A DNA stretch of 15,971 nt from contig CAZUFC010000041.1 in assembly GCA_964619725.1 (NCBI GenBank), forward strand, positions 45,366-61,336, written 5' to 3'. Under the pieces are notes generated by a model that was not told the origin of the DNA, ran no database searches, and was given only the letters and a program-made list of their open reading frames with translations. The stretch's first letter is position 1; each line of letters opens with the position of its first letter. Origin of the DNA: an uncultured bacterium. Its GTDB lineage: Bacteria > CSSED10-310 > CAZUFC01. Of this stretch, positions 1-8,332 are shown piece by piece. Both the position numbers and the translations under genes were made by a program.

Positions 1-116
1 GAAAAAATCAAGTCTTCTCCCAAAATTTTTTCTTCAACCACCCAAAAAAAATCACAGTTTTTCAATTTTCGTTCGTCCCTCAAAATGTTCGATAACTGAA
101 TTCGGTCTGCTGTCAT
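1..116 (-). CDS. Possible 5' end of a gene running off the left edge (MTADRIQLSNILRDERKLKNCDFFWVVEEKILGEDLIF...)
   Basis: ATG at 116 on the minus strand, open for 38 codons to the window edge. A GAGAGG lies about 13 nt upstream, rather far for an RBS. No recognisable motif. Confidence 0.25.
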   Translation of the reverse strand, partial: MTADRIQLSNILRDERKLKNCDFFWVVEEKILGEDLIF

Positions 117-587
117 AATGAAAATCTTGCCTCTCTCAGTATAATAAAACATTTTATTTTCGAAAGCAAGCCGCCATCCCGTCACTTTTCTCAATTTCTG
201 AATCTTTTTCTGTTTTTCGCTCGATGATGCGGTTGTGCATTTGCGTTTTCATCTCTTCGAGGATCACCGCAATTTTTGTGCCGAGGTTTGCTGGGTAATG
301 GTTTAAAGATAATATTGGATATGCGGCAAATTTCCCGACAGGAGAAAAGGGAAGAATTTGGATATTTATCGTTCTAAGATCAGAAAAGGACAAAAAGAGA
401 GTATAAAATTCGTTCTTTTGAAGCGCTGGAGCGGAATAAAGGTTTGAGAGCAGGTTTAGTTAAACGTATAGAAAACGAGCATTAAATGTTTTTAACGGCA
501 GACGGAACCGTATTCAGGCCGTTTTTACGTTATTGTTTCTGAAGCGTAGCGAAAGTCGCATGCGGTCAGGAAATGCGGAAACGGCGA

Positions 588-616
588 TTGACAGTTTGAC
601 GGCTGCATATTTTAAT
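588..616 (+). promoter_or_regulatory. sigma70-type promoter for the helicase-exonuclease operon
   Basis: TTGACA (588-593), 17-nt spacer, TTTAAT (611-616), followed by GGAG (623-626) and in-frame ATG at 635. Confidence 0.7.
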
Positions 617-634
617 GTAACCGGAGTCGAGAGG

Positions 635-3019
635 ATGCTGGAAGAATTTTTAGCTTCATTAAAAACCAGTCGCTTCGGTAAAAACATCACTTTGTGGCGG
701 CATATTCCAGGGCGGAAAGCGGAATTTGCTTCATTCCCGGCCGGCGTTTCAGAAGAATTGAAGCAAGCCCACGGAAAAATTGGAATTAAAAAGCTTTATA
801 AGCACCAGCGAGAAGCTTTTCTCAAGATAAAAAAAGGGAATAATATCGTTATAGTTACTCCGACCGCTTCAGGAAAGACATTATGTTATAATTTGGCCGT
901 TCTGGATGAGGTTTTAAAGGATTCTTCGACGAAAGCGTTATATCTTTTTCCGACCAAGGCGTTATCTCAGGACCAGACGGCTGAGCTGCGAAAAATCATT
1001 TTTCATCTTGAGGCGGAAATTCCGTATTTTGTTTATGACGGAGATGCTTCTGCAGAGCAGCGACGGGCAGCGAGGAAAAGATCGTCGATTATTTTGACCA
1101 ATCCCGATATGGTCCATTTGGGGATATTGCCTCATCACACTAAATGGGCGCATTTTTTCAGGAATTTAAAATATGTCGTAGTCGATGAAATGCACATTTA
1201 CAGAGGAGTATTCGGAAGTCATGTAGCGAATGTGATAAGGCGGTTGAAACGAATTTGCCGGTTTTACGGGTCTGACCCGGCGTTTATCGGATGTTCGGCA
1301 ACGATAGGGAATCCAGTCGAGTTGTCGGAGAAGATTTTCGGATGTGCGGTTGAGCCGGTCGGAAGTAATGGAAGTCCAGCAGGGGAAAAGATTTTCATAT
1401 TTTATAATCCTCCTGTGATCGACAGCATATCGGGAGTGAGAAAAAGTTATTTGGCCGAAACCGTGAGCATCTCTTCGCTGGTTTTAAAATCATGCGTTTC
1501 AGCCATAATTTTTGCGAGGAGCCGCAAGAACACGGAAATAATACTGACAGGTCTGAAGCGGAGTTTGATGGAGAAGCCCGGAAGGCAGCTTGTACAAGGG
1601 TACAGGGGAGGTTATTTACCGAGCGAGAGGCGAAAAATCGAGAAAGGACTCAAAAGCGGGGAGCTTTCAGGCGTTGTATGCACCAACGCTCTTGAATTGG
1701 GAATAGATATCGGGAGTCTTGATGCCTGCATAATGGCGGGATATCCCGGACAGATATCTTCGATGCTTCAGCAAGCAGGGAGGGCGGGGCGAAAGTCTTC
1801 TCTTTCGGTCGCCATGTTGATCGCTTCAAGCGACCCATTGGACCAGTTTATGGTGCGGCAGCCCGAATATTTTTTCGAGAGTCCGGCTGAAAGCGTTATG
1901 ATTAATCCTGAAAATTTATTGGTTCTTCTGGAGCATGTCAAATGCGCTGTTTTCGAGTTGCCGTTCGTTGAGGGTGAGAGTTTCGACGGGGCTGACATAG
2001 GGGCATTCCTGGAATTTTTGAGCGAACAGGAAATAGTAAGAAACATCGGAGGGCGTTATCATTGGATGAGCGAATCTTATCCCGCAGAGTCCGTCAACCT
2101 CAGGAGCGCTTCTTCGGATAATTTCGTAATAACGGCGAGGGGAGCATCCGGTGACGGCGTAATCGGAGAGGTCGATTTTGCAGGCGCTGCGTCTTTGATT
2201 CATAAAGGAGCGATTTACATTCATGCGGGAGAGAAATACCTGATAACTGAAATGGACTACGAGGGAAGAAAAGCCATAGCGGAAAAAAGCGATGCGGATT
2301 ATTTCACGCAGGCTCTCGGTGCGACGAAGATGTCTATTCTTGACGTATTCGAGGAGGATTCCCGGGGTTGGGGAAAAATCATTTATGGAGAAGTCAAAGT
2401 TATCCGTAAGGTTTCGGCTTATAAAAAGATCAGTTTCAGAGGTTTTGAGAATCTCGGTTATGGAGAGGTCGCTCTGCCTGAAAATCAAATGCATACCTCC
2501 GCCTTTTGCGTCAATCCGCATACCGAGATGTTGCGAAAAGCTGAAAGTTTCGCCTCGGCAGGTGAAGGCGAACTGATAATGTCCCTCAACGGCATCGTTC
2601 ATGTGTATAAGAAAACGGCCAACGTTTTCTTGTTATGCGATGTGAACGATCTCGGCAAAAGCATCGGGATCAGGCGTATCCCCAGCCCTGATGAAAATAT
2701 TCAATATGCTCACGAAGGCGAAACGGATGCAGCATATGTGTCTCCGATCAATCAGAGGACCAACCGAATCGATAAAGAATGGGAAGGCAGTCTGCCTGAA
2801 TTTGATATTCTGTTGTTTATCTTCGATAATTATCCTGGAGGCATCGGACTCAGCGAACAACTGTTCAAACTCTACGGCGAATTAAACAAAACCGCTGTTA
2901 AGCTGATCGAATCATGTCCGTGCAGATGGGGATGTCCCTCCTGCGTCGGACCGCCGGACCAGTTCGGGTTCTCTGTGAAAAAAAGCGCCTTGAATCTGCT
3001 TCGCCGGATGGCTGAATGA
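635..3019 (+). CDS. mrfA: DEAD/DEAH-box SF2 helicase with C-terminal DUF1998 Cys cluster (MrfA/YprA/SftH/Hrq1 family)
   Basis: Motifs: Q motif LYKHQ, Walker A TPTASGKT, Ia FPTKALSQDQ, TNPDM, Walker B DEMH, SAT, TNALELGIDIG, VI QQAGRAGR. C-terminal LCD...FDNYPGGIG...CPCRWGCPSC. Start moved from the track's TTG at 533 to ATG 635 on the basis of the RBS and promoter. Confidence 0.9.
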   Translation: MLEEFLASLKTSRFGKNITLWRHIPGRKAEFASFPAGVSEELKQAHGKIGIKKLYKHQREAFLKIKKGNNIVIVTPTASGKTLCYNLAVLDEVLKDSSTKALYLFPTKALSQDQTAELRKIIFHLEAEIPYFVYDGDASAEQRRAARKRSSIILTNPDMVHLGILPHHTKWAHFFRNLKYVVVDEMHIYRGVFGSHVANVIRRLKRICRFYGSDPAFIGCSATIGNPVELSEKIFGCAVEPVGSNGSPAGEKIFIFYNPPVIDSISGVRKSYLAETVSISSLVLKSCVSAIIFARSRKNTEIILTGLKRSLMEKPGRQLVQGYRGGYLPSERRKIEKGLKSGELSGVVCTNALELGIDIGSLDACIMAGYPGQISSMLQQAGRAGRKSSLSVAMLIASSDPLDQFMVRQPEYFFESPAESVMINPENLLVLLEHVKCAVFELPFVEGESFDGADIGAFLEFLSEQEIVRNIGGRYHWMSESYPAESVNLRSASSDNFVITARGASGDGVIGEVDFAGAASLIHKGAIYIHAGEKYLITEMDYEGRKAIAEKSDADYFTQALGATKMSILDVFEEDSRGWGKIIYGEVKVIRKVSAYKKISFRGFENLGYGEVALPENQMHTSAFCVNPHTEMLRKAESFASAGEGELIMSLNGIVHVYKKTANVFLLCDVNDLGKSIGIRRIPSPDENIQYAHEGETDAAYVSPINQRTNRIDKEWEGSLPEFDILLFIFDNYPGGIGLSEQLFKLYGELNKTAVKLIESCPCRWGCPSCVGPPDQFGFSVKKSALNLLRRMAE

Positions 3020-3022
3020 AAA

Positions 3023-4405
3023 ATGAACCGGGAATCAAACAAGAAAAAAACGAAAGAAAAATTAAAGCGCATGCTGCAGATGCCGGAAACGGCAAAACAG
3101 GAATCTTCCGAAGAAAAAAACGGGAAAACCTCATCCGTCAAAACGGAGAATGAACGCCGAAGAATTCTGGCTGATCTCCGCAGAATGATAAAAAGCGTGC
3201 CCGCTGAGAGAACCGCTCCGAAGCCTGTTCCCAAAGATAACACGAAAATAAAGTTGGATGAAATAATCGCCGGCACATATATGCAAACTCCCGCAGGCTA
3301 TTGCTTCGTTTATGATGAAACCTACTCGATGCATCACTATCAGGGAATTTACTCGTTCTCCAATTTGCTGAAAACGCCTCATGAGCACTTCAAATTCCTG
3401 GCTAAACAAGAAATACCGTCTACTTTTCTGCCTGGGAAGGCGGTTTATTTCGATACGGAAACCACGGGACTTTCCGGAGGCGCCGGCGCTTACGTTTTTT
3501 TAGCGGGAATGGGATGGTTTGAAGATCGCTTTTTTCGCATCCGGCAGTTTTTTATGCGAGACTACAATGAAGAGCCTGCCTTTTTGTGGGCGGTCGGGAA
3601 GTTATTGAATAAGTTCGATTCAATCGTCACCTATAACGGAAAAGTTTACGACCTTCCTCTCCTCGAATCGCGGTTTATAAGCAACAGAATGGACGAATAT
3701 TCCTTTCCGGCTTTCCATCTGGATTTGCTCTTTCCCGCCAGAAGATTCTGGAAGGAGCGGTTCAAAGATTGCAGCCTCGGAGCCCTGGAAATGAAAGTAT
3801 TGAATTTCAATAGAATAAAAGACATACCGGGCGCTCTCATCCCCAAAGCATATTTCGACTACGTCAGAACAAAGAACGCCGGCCTTATCCAGAATATATT
3901 CATTCATAATCGAGACGACGTTCTCTCGCTTGCAGCCTTAACCGGATGCCTCCTCGACAAGAGCAATCCGGACAATTCAAAAAAACAGCATGCAGCAGAA
4001 ATTTTCGGTCTCGCCAGATCAATGGAGCAGTTCGGAAACACTCAGAAAGCCGCTGAACTCTATCGTTATTGCCTGACTCAGCAAATCGATGACAATTTAT
4101 TAAAAAAAATCGCCTTAAGACTTTGGAAATTGATGAAGGCAAGGGGATGCGAAGAAGAATTGATCCCTGTAATGAAAAATATCGCTTTCCCGGACCCGGA
4201 CGTTTCGGCTGCCGATGCTTGCATTGAATTAGCGAAGTATTACGAACACAAAGCCAAAGATTATGGCGCTGCAATCAGGCATACCAGGACTGCAATGGAA
4301 TACGTCAAAAATTTCGACGGCGGAAAACAGGAAAAATATATGGAAAATTTGAAACACAGATCAAAAAGAATTCTGGCAAAACTTGAAGGAAAAAAATGGC
4401 GGTGA
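3023..4405 (+). CDS. mrfB: DEDD/RNase H-like 3'-5' exonuclease with C-terminal TPR-like helices (MrfB/YprB family)
   Basis: Motifs FDTETTGLSGGAG, TYNGKVYDLPLL, HLDLL, DIPG, HNRDDVLSL and C-terminal ELAKYYEHKAKDY. Starts 3 nt after the helicase stop, the same gene order as Bacillus mrfAB. Confidence 0.85.
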   Translation: MNRESNKKKTKEKLKRMLQMPETAKQESSEEKNGKTSSVKTENERRRILADLRRMIKSVPAERTAPKPVPKDNTKIKLDEIIAGTYMQTPAGYCFVYDETYSMHHYQGIYSFSNLLKTPHEHFKFLAKQEIPSTFLPGKAVYFDTETTGLSGGAGAYVFLAGMGWFEDRFFRIRQFFMRDYNEEPAFLWAVGKLLNKFDSIVTYNGKVYDLPLLESRFISNRMDEYSFPAFHLDLLFPARRFWKERFKDCSLGALEMKVLNFNRIKDIPGALIPKAYFDYVRTKNAGLIQNIFIHNRDDVLSLAALTGCLLDKSNPDNSKKQHAAEIFGLARSMEQFGNTQKAAELYRYCLTQQIDDNLLKKIALRLWKLMKARGCEEELIPVMKNIAFPDPDVSAADACIELAKYYEHKAKDYGAAIRHTRTAMEYVKNFDGGKQEKYMENLKHRSKRILAKLEGKKWR

Positions 4406-4412
4406 TTAGGAC

Positions 4413-4442
4413 TTGACTTTTTTACATAGATTTTGTTAAAAA
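4413..4442 (+). promoter_or_regulatory. Possible sigma70 promoter upstream of the lipoprotein gene
   Basis: TTGACT (4413-4418) followed 17-18 nt later by a weak TGn-TAAAAA element in AT-rich DNA. Confidence 0.3.
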
Positions 4443-4562
4443 ATATAGATGATTATCGAGTGGGAGTTTAGAGCTAGATTGCCTGATTGCTCAAATGGCC
4501 TACAACGGATTTTCGAGTAAAAGAAGCAGACGATGATATCAGGGAAATCAAGGAGGAATAAA

Positions 4563-5723
4563 ATGGCGAGTTCCGGCAATTCCCGCGTCAGTTATGCTTG
4601 GATTAATTTTGTAATTATAATGGTTTTCTCCTTTTTTTGCTGGGGTTGCGGCAGCGGCGAACCTTCCGCTGAAGAAATAGAAAATCAGCAGCGACAAAAG
4701 GAAATAATTGAAGCAAAGAAACTGGCGGAGAAGCTCAGAAATGAAAAACCTTTTAATTTCGAGGAAGAGCAGAAGCGATTAATCGAGAGACCTTCGAATG
4801 TTTGCAGTTTGGATGCCGACTTTTCTTTTATGGACCTGGGGCCGAATCCTGATTTTTTCAAGGACGGTTCGATGGCTGTCTATCATGACAAGTGGACTAA
4901 TATTTACGTAAGATATTTTTCTGACGATATGCGCAAAGTGAAGATCGCAACGGAGGGGAGGAATCCCACTTTCAACCAGGATTTGGAGGACCCCAAAATA
5001 GTGTTCGAGCGCTTCAGATTGAACCAGAAAGACTGGGGCGGACAGGTTTTAGGGTTAACGGTAAAGAAAATCCAGCCGGATGCGGAAGAAGTGCAAATAA
5101 CGGATGAGCAGGCATCAAAACCTCATTTTGTAAACGAAGGAAAAAGAATAGTCTACAATCAGGACGATCAATACTATCTCATCGACAGTTCGCTTGAAAC
5201 GCAGCCCATTGATGATGCAAGGTACTGGGAATTGATAGAGGATCGCTACGAAATCAATTGTGATTGGAAGGTTTTGAATTATTACGCAGACATTTATGGG
5301 GTATGGATCACGGACAGGCAAGAGCAAAATTTCAATCTGTTGTGGACGACCAAGGAGAAGCCGATCACATACGTTATTCCCGAAAGGTTCTGGATATATT
5401 TTTATACGGAAATGGATTCGGGAATTTTGAAGCTTCGCCCGCTGGCCTTAATGCAGCTTGAACTTGAAGGAGGAGCCGAAAAGGGTCTTCAGGAGGACGA
5501 TCTGTTGGACGTTTACGCCAAGAAAGTCAGTCCTTTGACTGGCGAAGTCATCGGATACCATGAGGATCAATGGAAGGGGACGTTGCGGGTTGTTAGCGTT
5601 GAGGCGGAGATGAGCATTGCTGAATATCAGACCAGGTTGTTTGAGAAGGAAGTGCTTCCGCAGGATATTTACAGAAAGCGCCAGGCCCCGAGCGTAAGCG
5701 GCGCTGTTTTGAAGTACAGGTAA
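4563..5723 (+). CDS. Hypothetical lipoprotein with TolB/PD40-like repeats in the middle and a FlgT_C-like beta domain at the C-terminus
   Basis: AGGAGG (4551-4556) before ATG 4563. Hydrophobic stretch ending FCWGC (lipobox-like). PxF motifs (NPDFFKDG, NPTFNQD, KPHFVNEGKRIVY). C-terminal G..KGLQEDDLLDVY...PLTGEVIG...GTLRVVSVEAEMSIA. Confidence 0.65.
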   Translation: MASSGNSRVSYAWINFVIIMVFSFFCWGCGSGEPSAEEIENQQRQKEIIEAKKLAEKLRNEKPFNFEEEQKRLIERPSNVCSLDADFSFMDLGPNPDFFKDGSMAVYHDKWTNIYVRYFSDDMRKVKIATEGRNPTFNQDLEDPKIVFERFRLNQKDWGGQVLGLTVKKIQPDAEEVQITDEQASKPHFVNEGKRIVYNQDDQYYLIDSSLETQPIDDARYWELIEDRYEINCDWKVLNYYADIYGVWITDRQEQNFNLLWTTKEKPITYVIPERFWIYFYTEMDSGILKLRPLALMQLELEGGAEKGLQEDDLLDVYAKKVSPLTGEVIGYHEDQWKGTLRVVSVEAEMSIAEYQTRLFEKEVLPQDIYRKRQAPSVSGAVLKYR

Positions 5724-5893
5724 TCTCTGCTGGTCGGCGCATGACGTATGACGTAAGATTGACAAGAAGCGTTTAATCAAGTCATGTCGGCCGGGGGAAA
5801 TCGACTGACGGGCCGGGTGAACCTGTGATGGTTTTTAACCATCGAAAAAGCCCTCAAAGCAATTCTAATGCTAAAAGATAAAGAGTAGGAGAA

Positions 5894-6508
5894 ATGGTGT
5901 ATCGAAGATCAGGAGGAAATTTATTATTTTTGATTTTTTTTGTAACGGCTGTGGTCTGTCTCGCGGCAAATGCGTCCGGAGATGAAATTACGGATCAATT
6001 GGCTAAAGCGATTGAGTATTATGAAAAAGGAGATTATCATAAAGCTGCTGATGAACTTCGATGGGTGCTGACTCAATTGGAGACCCTTCAGGGCAACAGA
6101 CTGCAGACTTTTTTTCCTGATCCCCTGGAAAATTACAAGGCTGAAAAAACGAGCGTGACGAGCATGCCCGGCGGGGGCGCCATGGCCACCAGAATATATA
6201 GATCGGAAGAAACGGAATCTGTGATTGATATTGAGATGGGGTTGAATTCTCCGCTTATTCAGTCCATGAGTTTAATTTTCATGAATCCTTCCATATCCGG
6301 CTATTCCGAGAAACAGTTTTCTCAAATTAACGGGTACAAGGTTCTTGAAGAATATAAAGAAGACTCCAAAACGGGAAAGATGATGGTCCTGGTTGGAGAC
6401 CGGTTGCTAATCATCCTGGAGGGTCAGAATATTTCCGGACTGACGGACCTCAAGAAATATGTGCAGAAAATGGACCTGGAAGAAATGCACAAGACCTTGA
6501 GCGAATAG
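5894..6508 (+). CDS. Secreted/periplasmic hypothetical protein
   Basis: AGGAG RBS. Signal peptide with basic N-terminus, hydrophobic core and A-x-A/A-S-G cleavage region. Helical N-terminal part followed by FPDPLENY...GGG...NSPLIQSM...FMNP. Confidence 0.75.
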   Translation: MVYRRSGGNLLFLIFFVTAVVCLAANASGDEITDQLAKAIEYYEKGDYHKAADELRWVLTQLETLQGNRLQTFFPDPLENYKAEKTSVTSMPGGGAMATRIYRSEETESVIDIEMGLNSPLIQSMSLIFMNPSISGYSEKQFSQINGYKVLEEYKEDSKTGKMMVLVGDRLLIILEGQNISGLTDLKKYVQKMDLEEMHKTLSE

Positions 6509-6624
6509 AAATGAGTCGTTTTTAACTGAACCGGTCCGAAGGGATCAGGTGGGTTCCGGCAGTCAATCTGATGACCGATAGTAAAAATCCTTCAGGAAAA
6601 GCATTAGTTCACGGGTTATCCGCT

Positions 6625-6644
6625 ATGAGCGTGGAATGAGCGTG
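6625..6644 (+). repeat. Direct repeat ATGAGCGTG x2 with 11-bp period
   Basis: Exact 9-mers at 6625-6633 and 6636-6644, with a related ATGAAGCGTTG at 6682-6692. Confidence 0.6.
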
Positions 6645-6734
6645 ATTGCTGAGATGTTTTTTCTGCGAATATTGCGGAGTGATGAAGCGTTGCGTGTCAA
6701 CATGAGACACTTTCTTCAAAGAAAGGAAAGTTAA

Positions 6735-8231
6735 ATGCCTGCATTAAGCGAGTTTTTGAATAAATTAGAACAGAGTTTCACGTGGTTGAAATCCGAGATG
6801 GAGCGGTCATTATGGAGTTATTTTTTACACGATAATCCATTACAGGTGAATTCGTTGCGGGAGTACATGCAATTATTGATTCAAGATGACGGAATTTTCA
6901 GCGGACTTTCCCAGGCTGCAGAAGGGACGGAAGATGAGATTGAAAGGAAGAAATTTTTATTATGGAGGAATCACATAATAAAAAACAGGATTCTGATTGA
7001 TCCTGGCATACGGCATTTGCAGAACAGTTTAAGAAAAGAAATAGAAAAGACGCAACGTCTGGTTATGAACAAAAAGATGAACAGAAAGGAGATGCTGAGC
7101 GTTCTTGTGCAGGAGCCGGATCGCGAGCGAAGGCGTATGGCTCTGAATGCGATAGACGATTTTTCGGAGGAAGGGGGGAAACTTTATTTCGAGTTAGTGA
7201 AGGAATGCAACCGGATTGCGCGTGACTACGGATATCGGAGTTATGCAGAACTGACGACATCTGGCGACAGGTTTGATGTTGAGGAGATCATAAGATTGCT
7301 TGAACTATTTGAAAAGCATACTTATGATTTTTATTTAAAGGTTTTGGAAGAGATACGGAACTATTTGTCCTGTTCTTCACTGGAAAAATGGGATGTTCCC
7401 TTTGCAATAAGAAAAAAGAGCGAGTTGATCGAAAGAGACCTTTTCGGTCCTCGAGCTCCCTGGGCGCTTGAAAAGACGCTGGAAAAAATAGAAATGCCTT
7501 TGTCGTCTTTACCGATTGAGTTAGTCCAGGGAAAAGAAGAAAGGCCTGATGCGCCGACTGTTTTCAGTTGTTGGTGGAAACCGTTCGACGAATACAAACT
7601 CCTGTATCGTCCCATTTCGGGAAGGCCGTTTTATATTTTACTTTTCCAGGAATTCGGCAATTTGCTGTTCGATGGCGTGAACGAAGAGCAGAGTTATATT
7701 TTAAAAATGGAATCGCCGTTGATGAAGAGCACGATTTCGCAGCTTATCGCTGATTTGATATATAACCGGGAATGGATCGAGAATTTTTTTAATCTGAGCG
7801 ATGAATGGCTGCAGCAATCACGAGAAACCAAATACTTCAGCGTAGTGAGATTACGGAAACTTGCAGCCGAGAGTTTATTTGAGATCAGGTTATTTTCAGG
7901 AGAATACGAGCGCCCGAATGAAGAATACGCCAATCTGATGAAAAAATGGCTGCTGTTTGGAACACAGGGGAATCGAGCCTGGCTGAATAATTCATTGTTG
8001 GTTGACGCTCCCATGAGTCTTTGGAGATACAGTTTGTCGGAACTGGCATCAGGTCACATTATGACGTCGATCAGGGAAAAGGGCTCGAAACCGTTCAGCG
8101 CTTCACTCGGAGAAATACTGAAGAACCGTCTATTGAAGAATCCGGAGTGTCTTTCATTTAAAGAGCAGATGGAAAGGGCTGTGGGAGCATGGATCAATCC
8201 TGAAAATTGGATCGACGAGACAATGCAATAG
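6735..8231 (+). CDS. M3/M2 (gluzincin, oligoendopeptidase F-like) fold protein, probably catalytically inactive
   Basis: M3-like segments EPDRERRRMA, CNRIARDYGYRSY and LEKWDVPF. LLFQEFGNLLF sits at the position of the usual LFHExGHxxH. AAGGA RBS. No signal peptide. Confidence 0.7.
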   Translation: MPALSEFLNKLEQSFTWLKSEMERSLWSYFLHDNPLQVNSLREYMQLLIQDDGIFSGLSQAAEGTEDEIERKKFLLWRNHIIKNRILIDPGIRHLQNSLRKEIEKTQRLVMNKKMNRKEMLSVLVQEPDRERRRMALNAIDDFSEEGGKLYFELVKECNRIARDYGYRSYAELTTSGDRFDVEEIIRLLELFEKHTYDFYLKVLEEIRNYLSCSSLEKWDVPFAIRKKSELIERDLFGPRAPWALEKTLEKIEMPLSSLPIELVQGKEERPDAPTVFSCWWKPFDEYKLLYRPISGRPFYILLFQEFGNLLFDGVNEEQSYILKMESPLMKSTISQLIADLIYNREWIENFFNLSDEWLQQSRETKYFSVVRLRKLAAESLFEIRLFSGEYERPNEEYANLMKKWLLFGTQGNRAWLNNSLLVDAPMSLWRYSLSELASGHIMTSIREKGSKPFSASLGEILKNRLLKNPECLSFKEQMERAVGAWINPENWIDETMQ

Positions 8232-8332
8232 TATTTTAAGCGGTTTATCGACCCGTGCCCATCGGCAGTTATGCTCGTTTTGCACTGTCGCAAGCGGTTA
8301 GGATTGCAGAATTATCGGTCGTAAGCGGACAA

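Noticed and set aside
154..393. 79-aa minus-strand ORF
   Set aside because: Non-ATG start, no RBS or motif recognised; probably spurious, though a small gene cannot be excluded.
504..516. GGAACCGTATTCA as a LexA (GAAC-N4-GTTC) box
   Set aside because: Spacing and right half-site do not match, and it lies about 70 nt upstream of the -35.
533..634. N-terminal extension of the helicase from the track's TTG at 533
   Set aside because: This stretch contains a near-consensus promoter and the RBS for ATG 635, so it is probably non-coding.
1916..2602. 228-aa antisense ORF and the other short overlapping ORFs in the track
   Set aside because: They are shadows of strongly supported genes on the opposite strand or frame and carry no motifs.
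635..4405. Anti-phage system (DISARM/Druantia) suggested by DUF1998
   Set aside because: No methylase, PLD nuclease or other defence partners are present; the partner gene is MrfB-like.
4466..4478. GTTTAGAGCTAGA resembles the start of a type II CRISPR repeat or sgRNA scaffold
   Set aside because: Single copy, no spacers, no anti-repeat and no cas genes; similarity ends after about 12 nt.
6531..6550. CCGGTCCGAAGGGATCAGG resembles SRP RNA domain IV
   Set aside because: It lacks the conserved CAGG/AGCAG internal loop and the GNRA-type tetraloop.
6568..6600. CTGATGA...GAAA as a hammerhead ribozyme core
   Set aside because: No stem II can form between the two motifs, and stems I and III are not evident.
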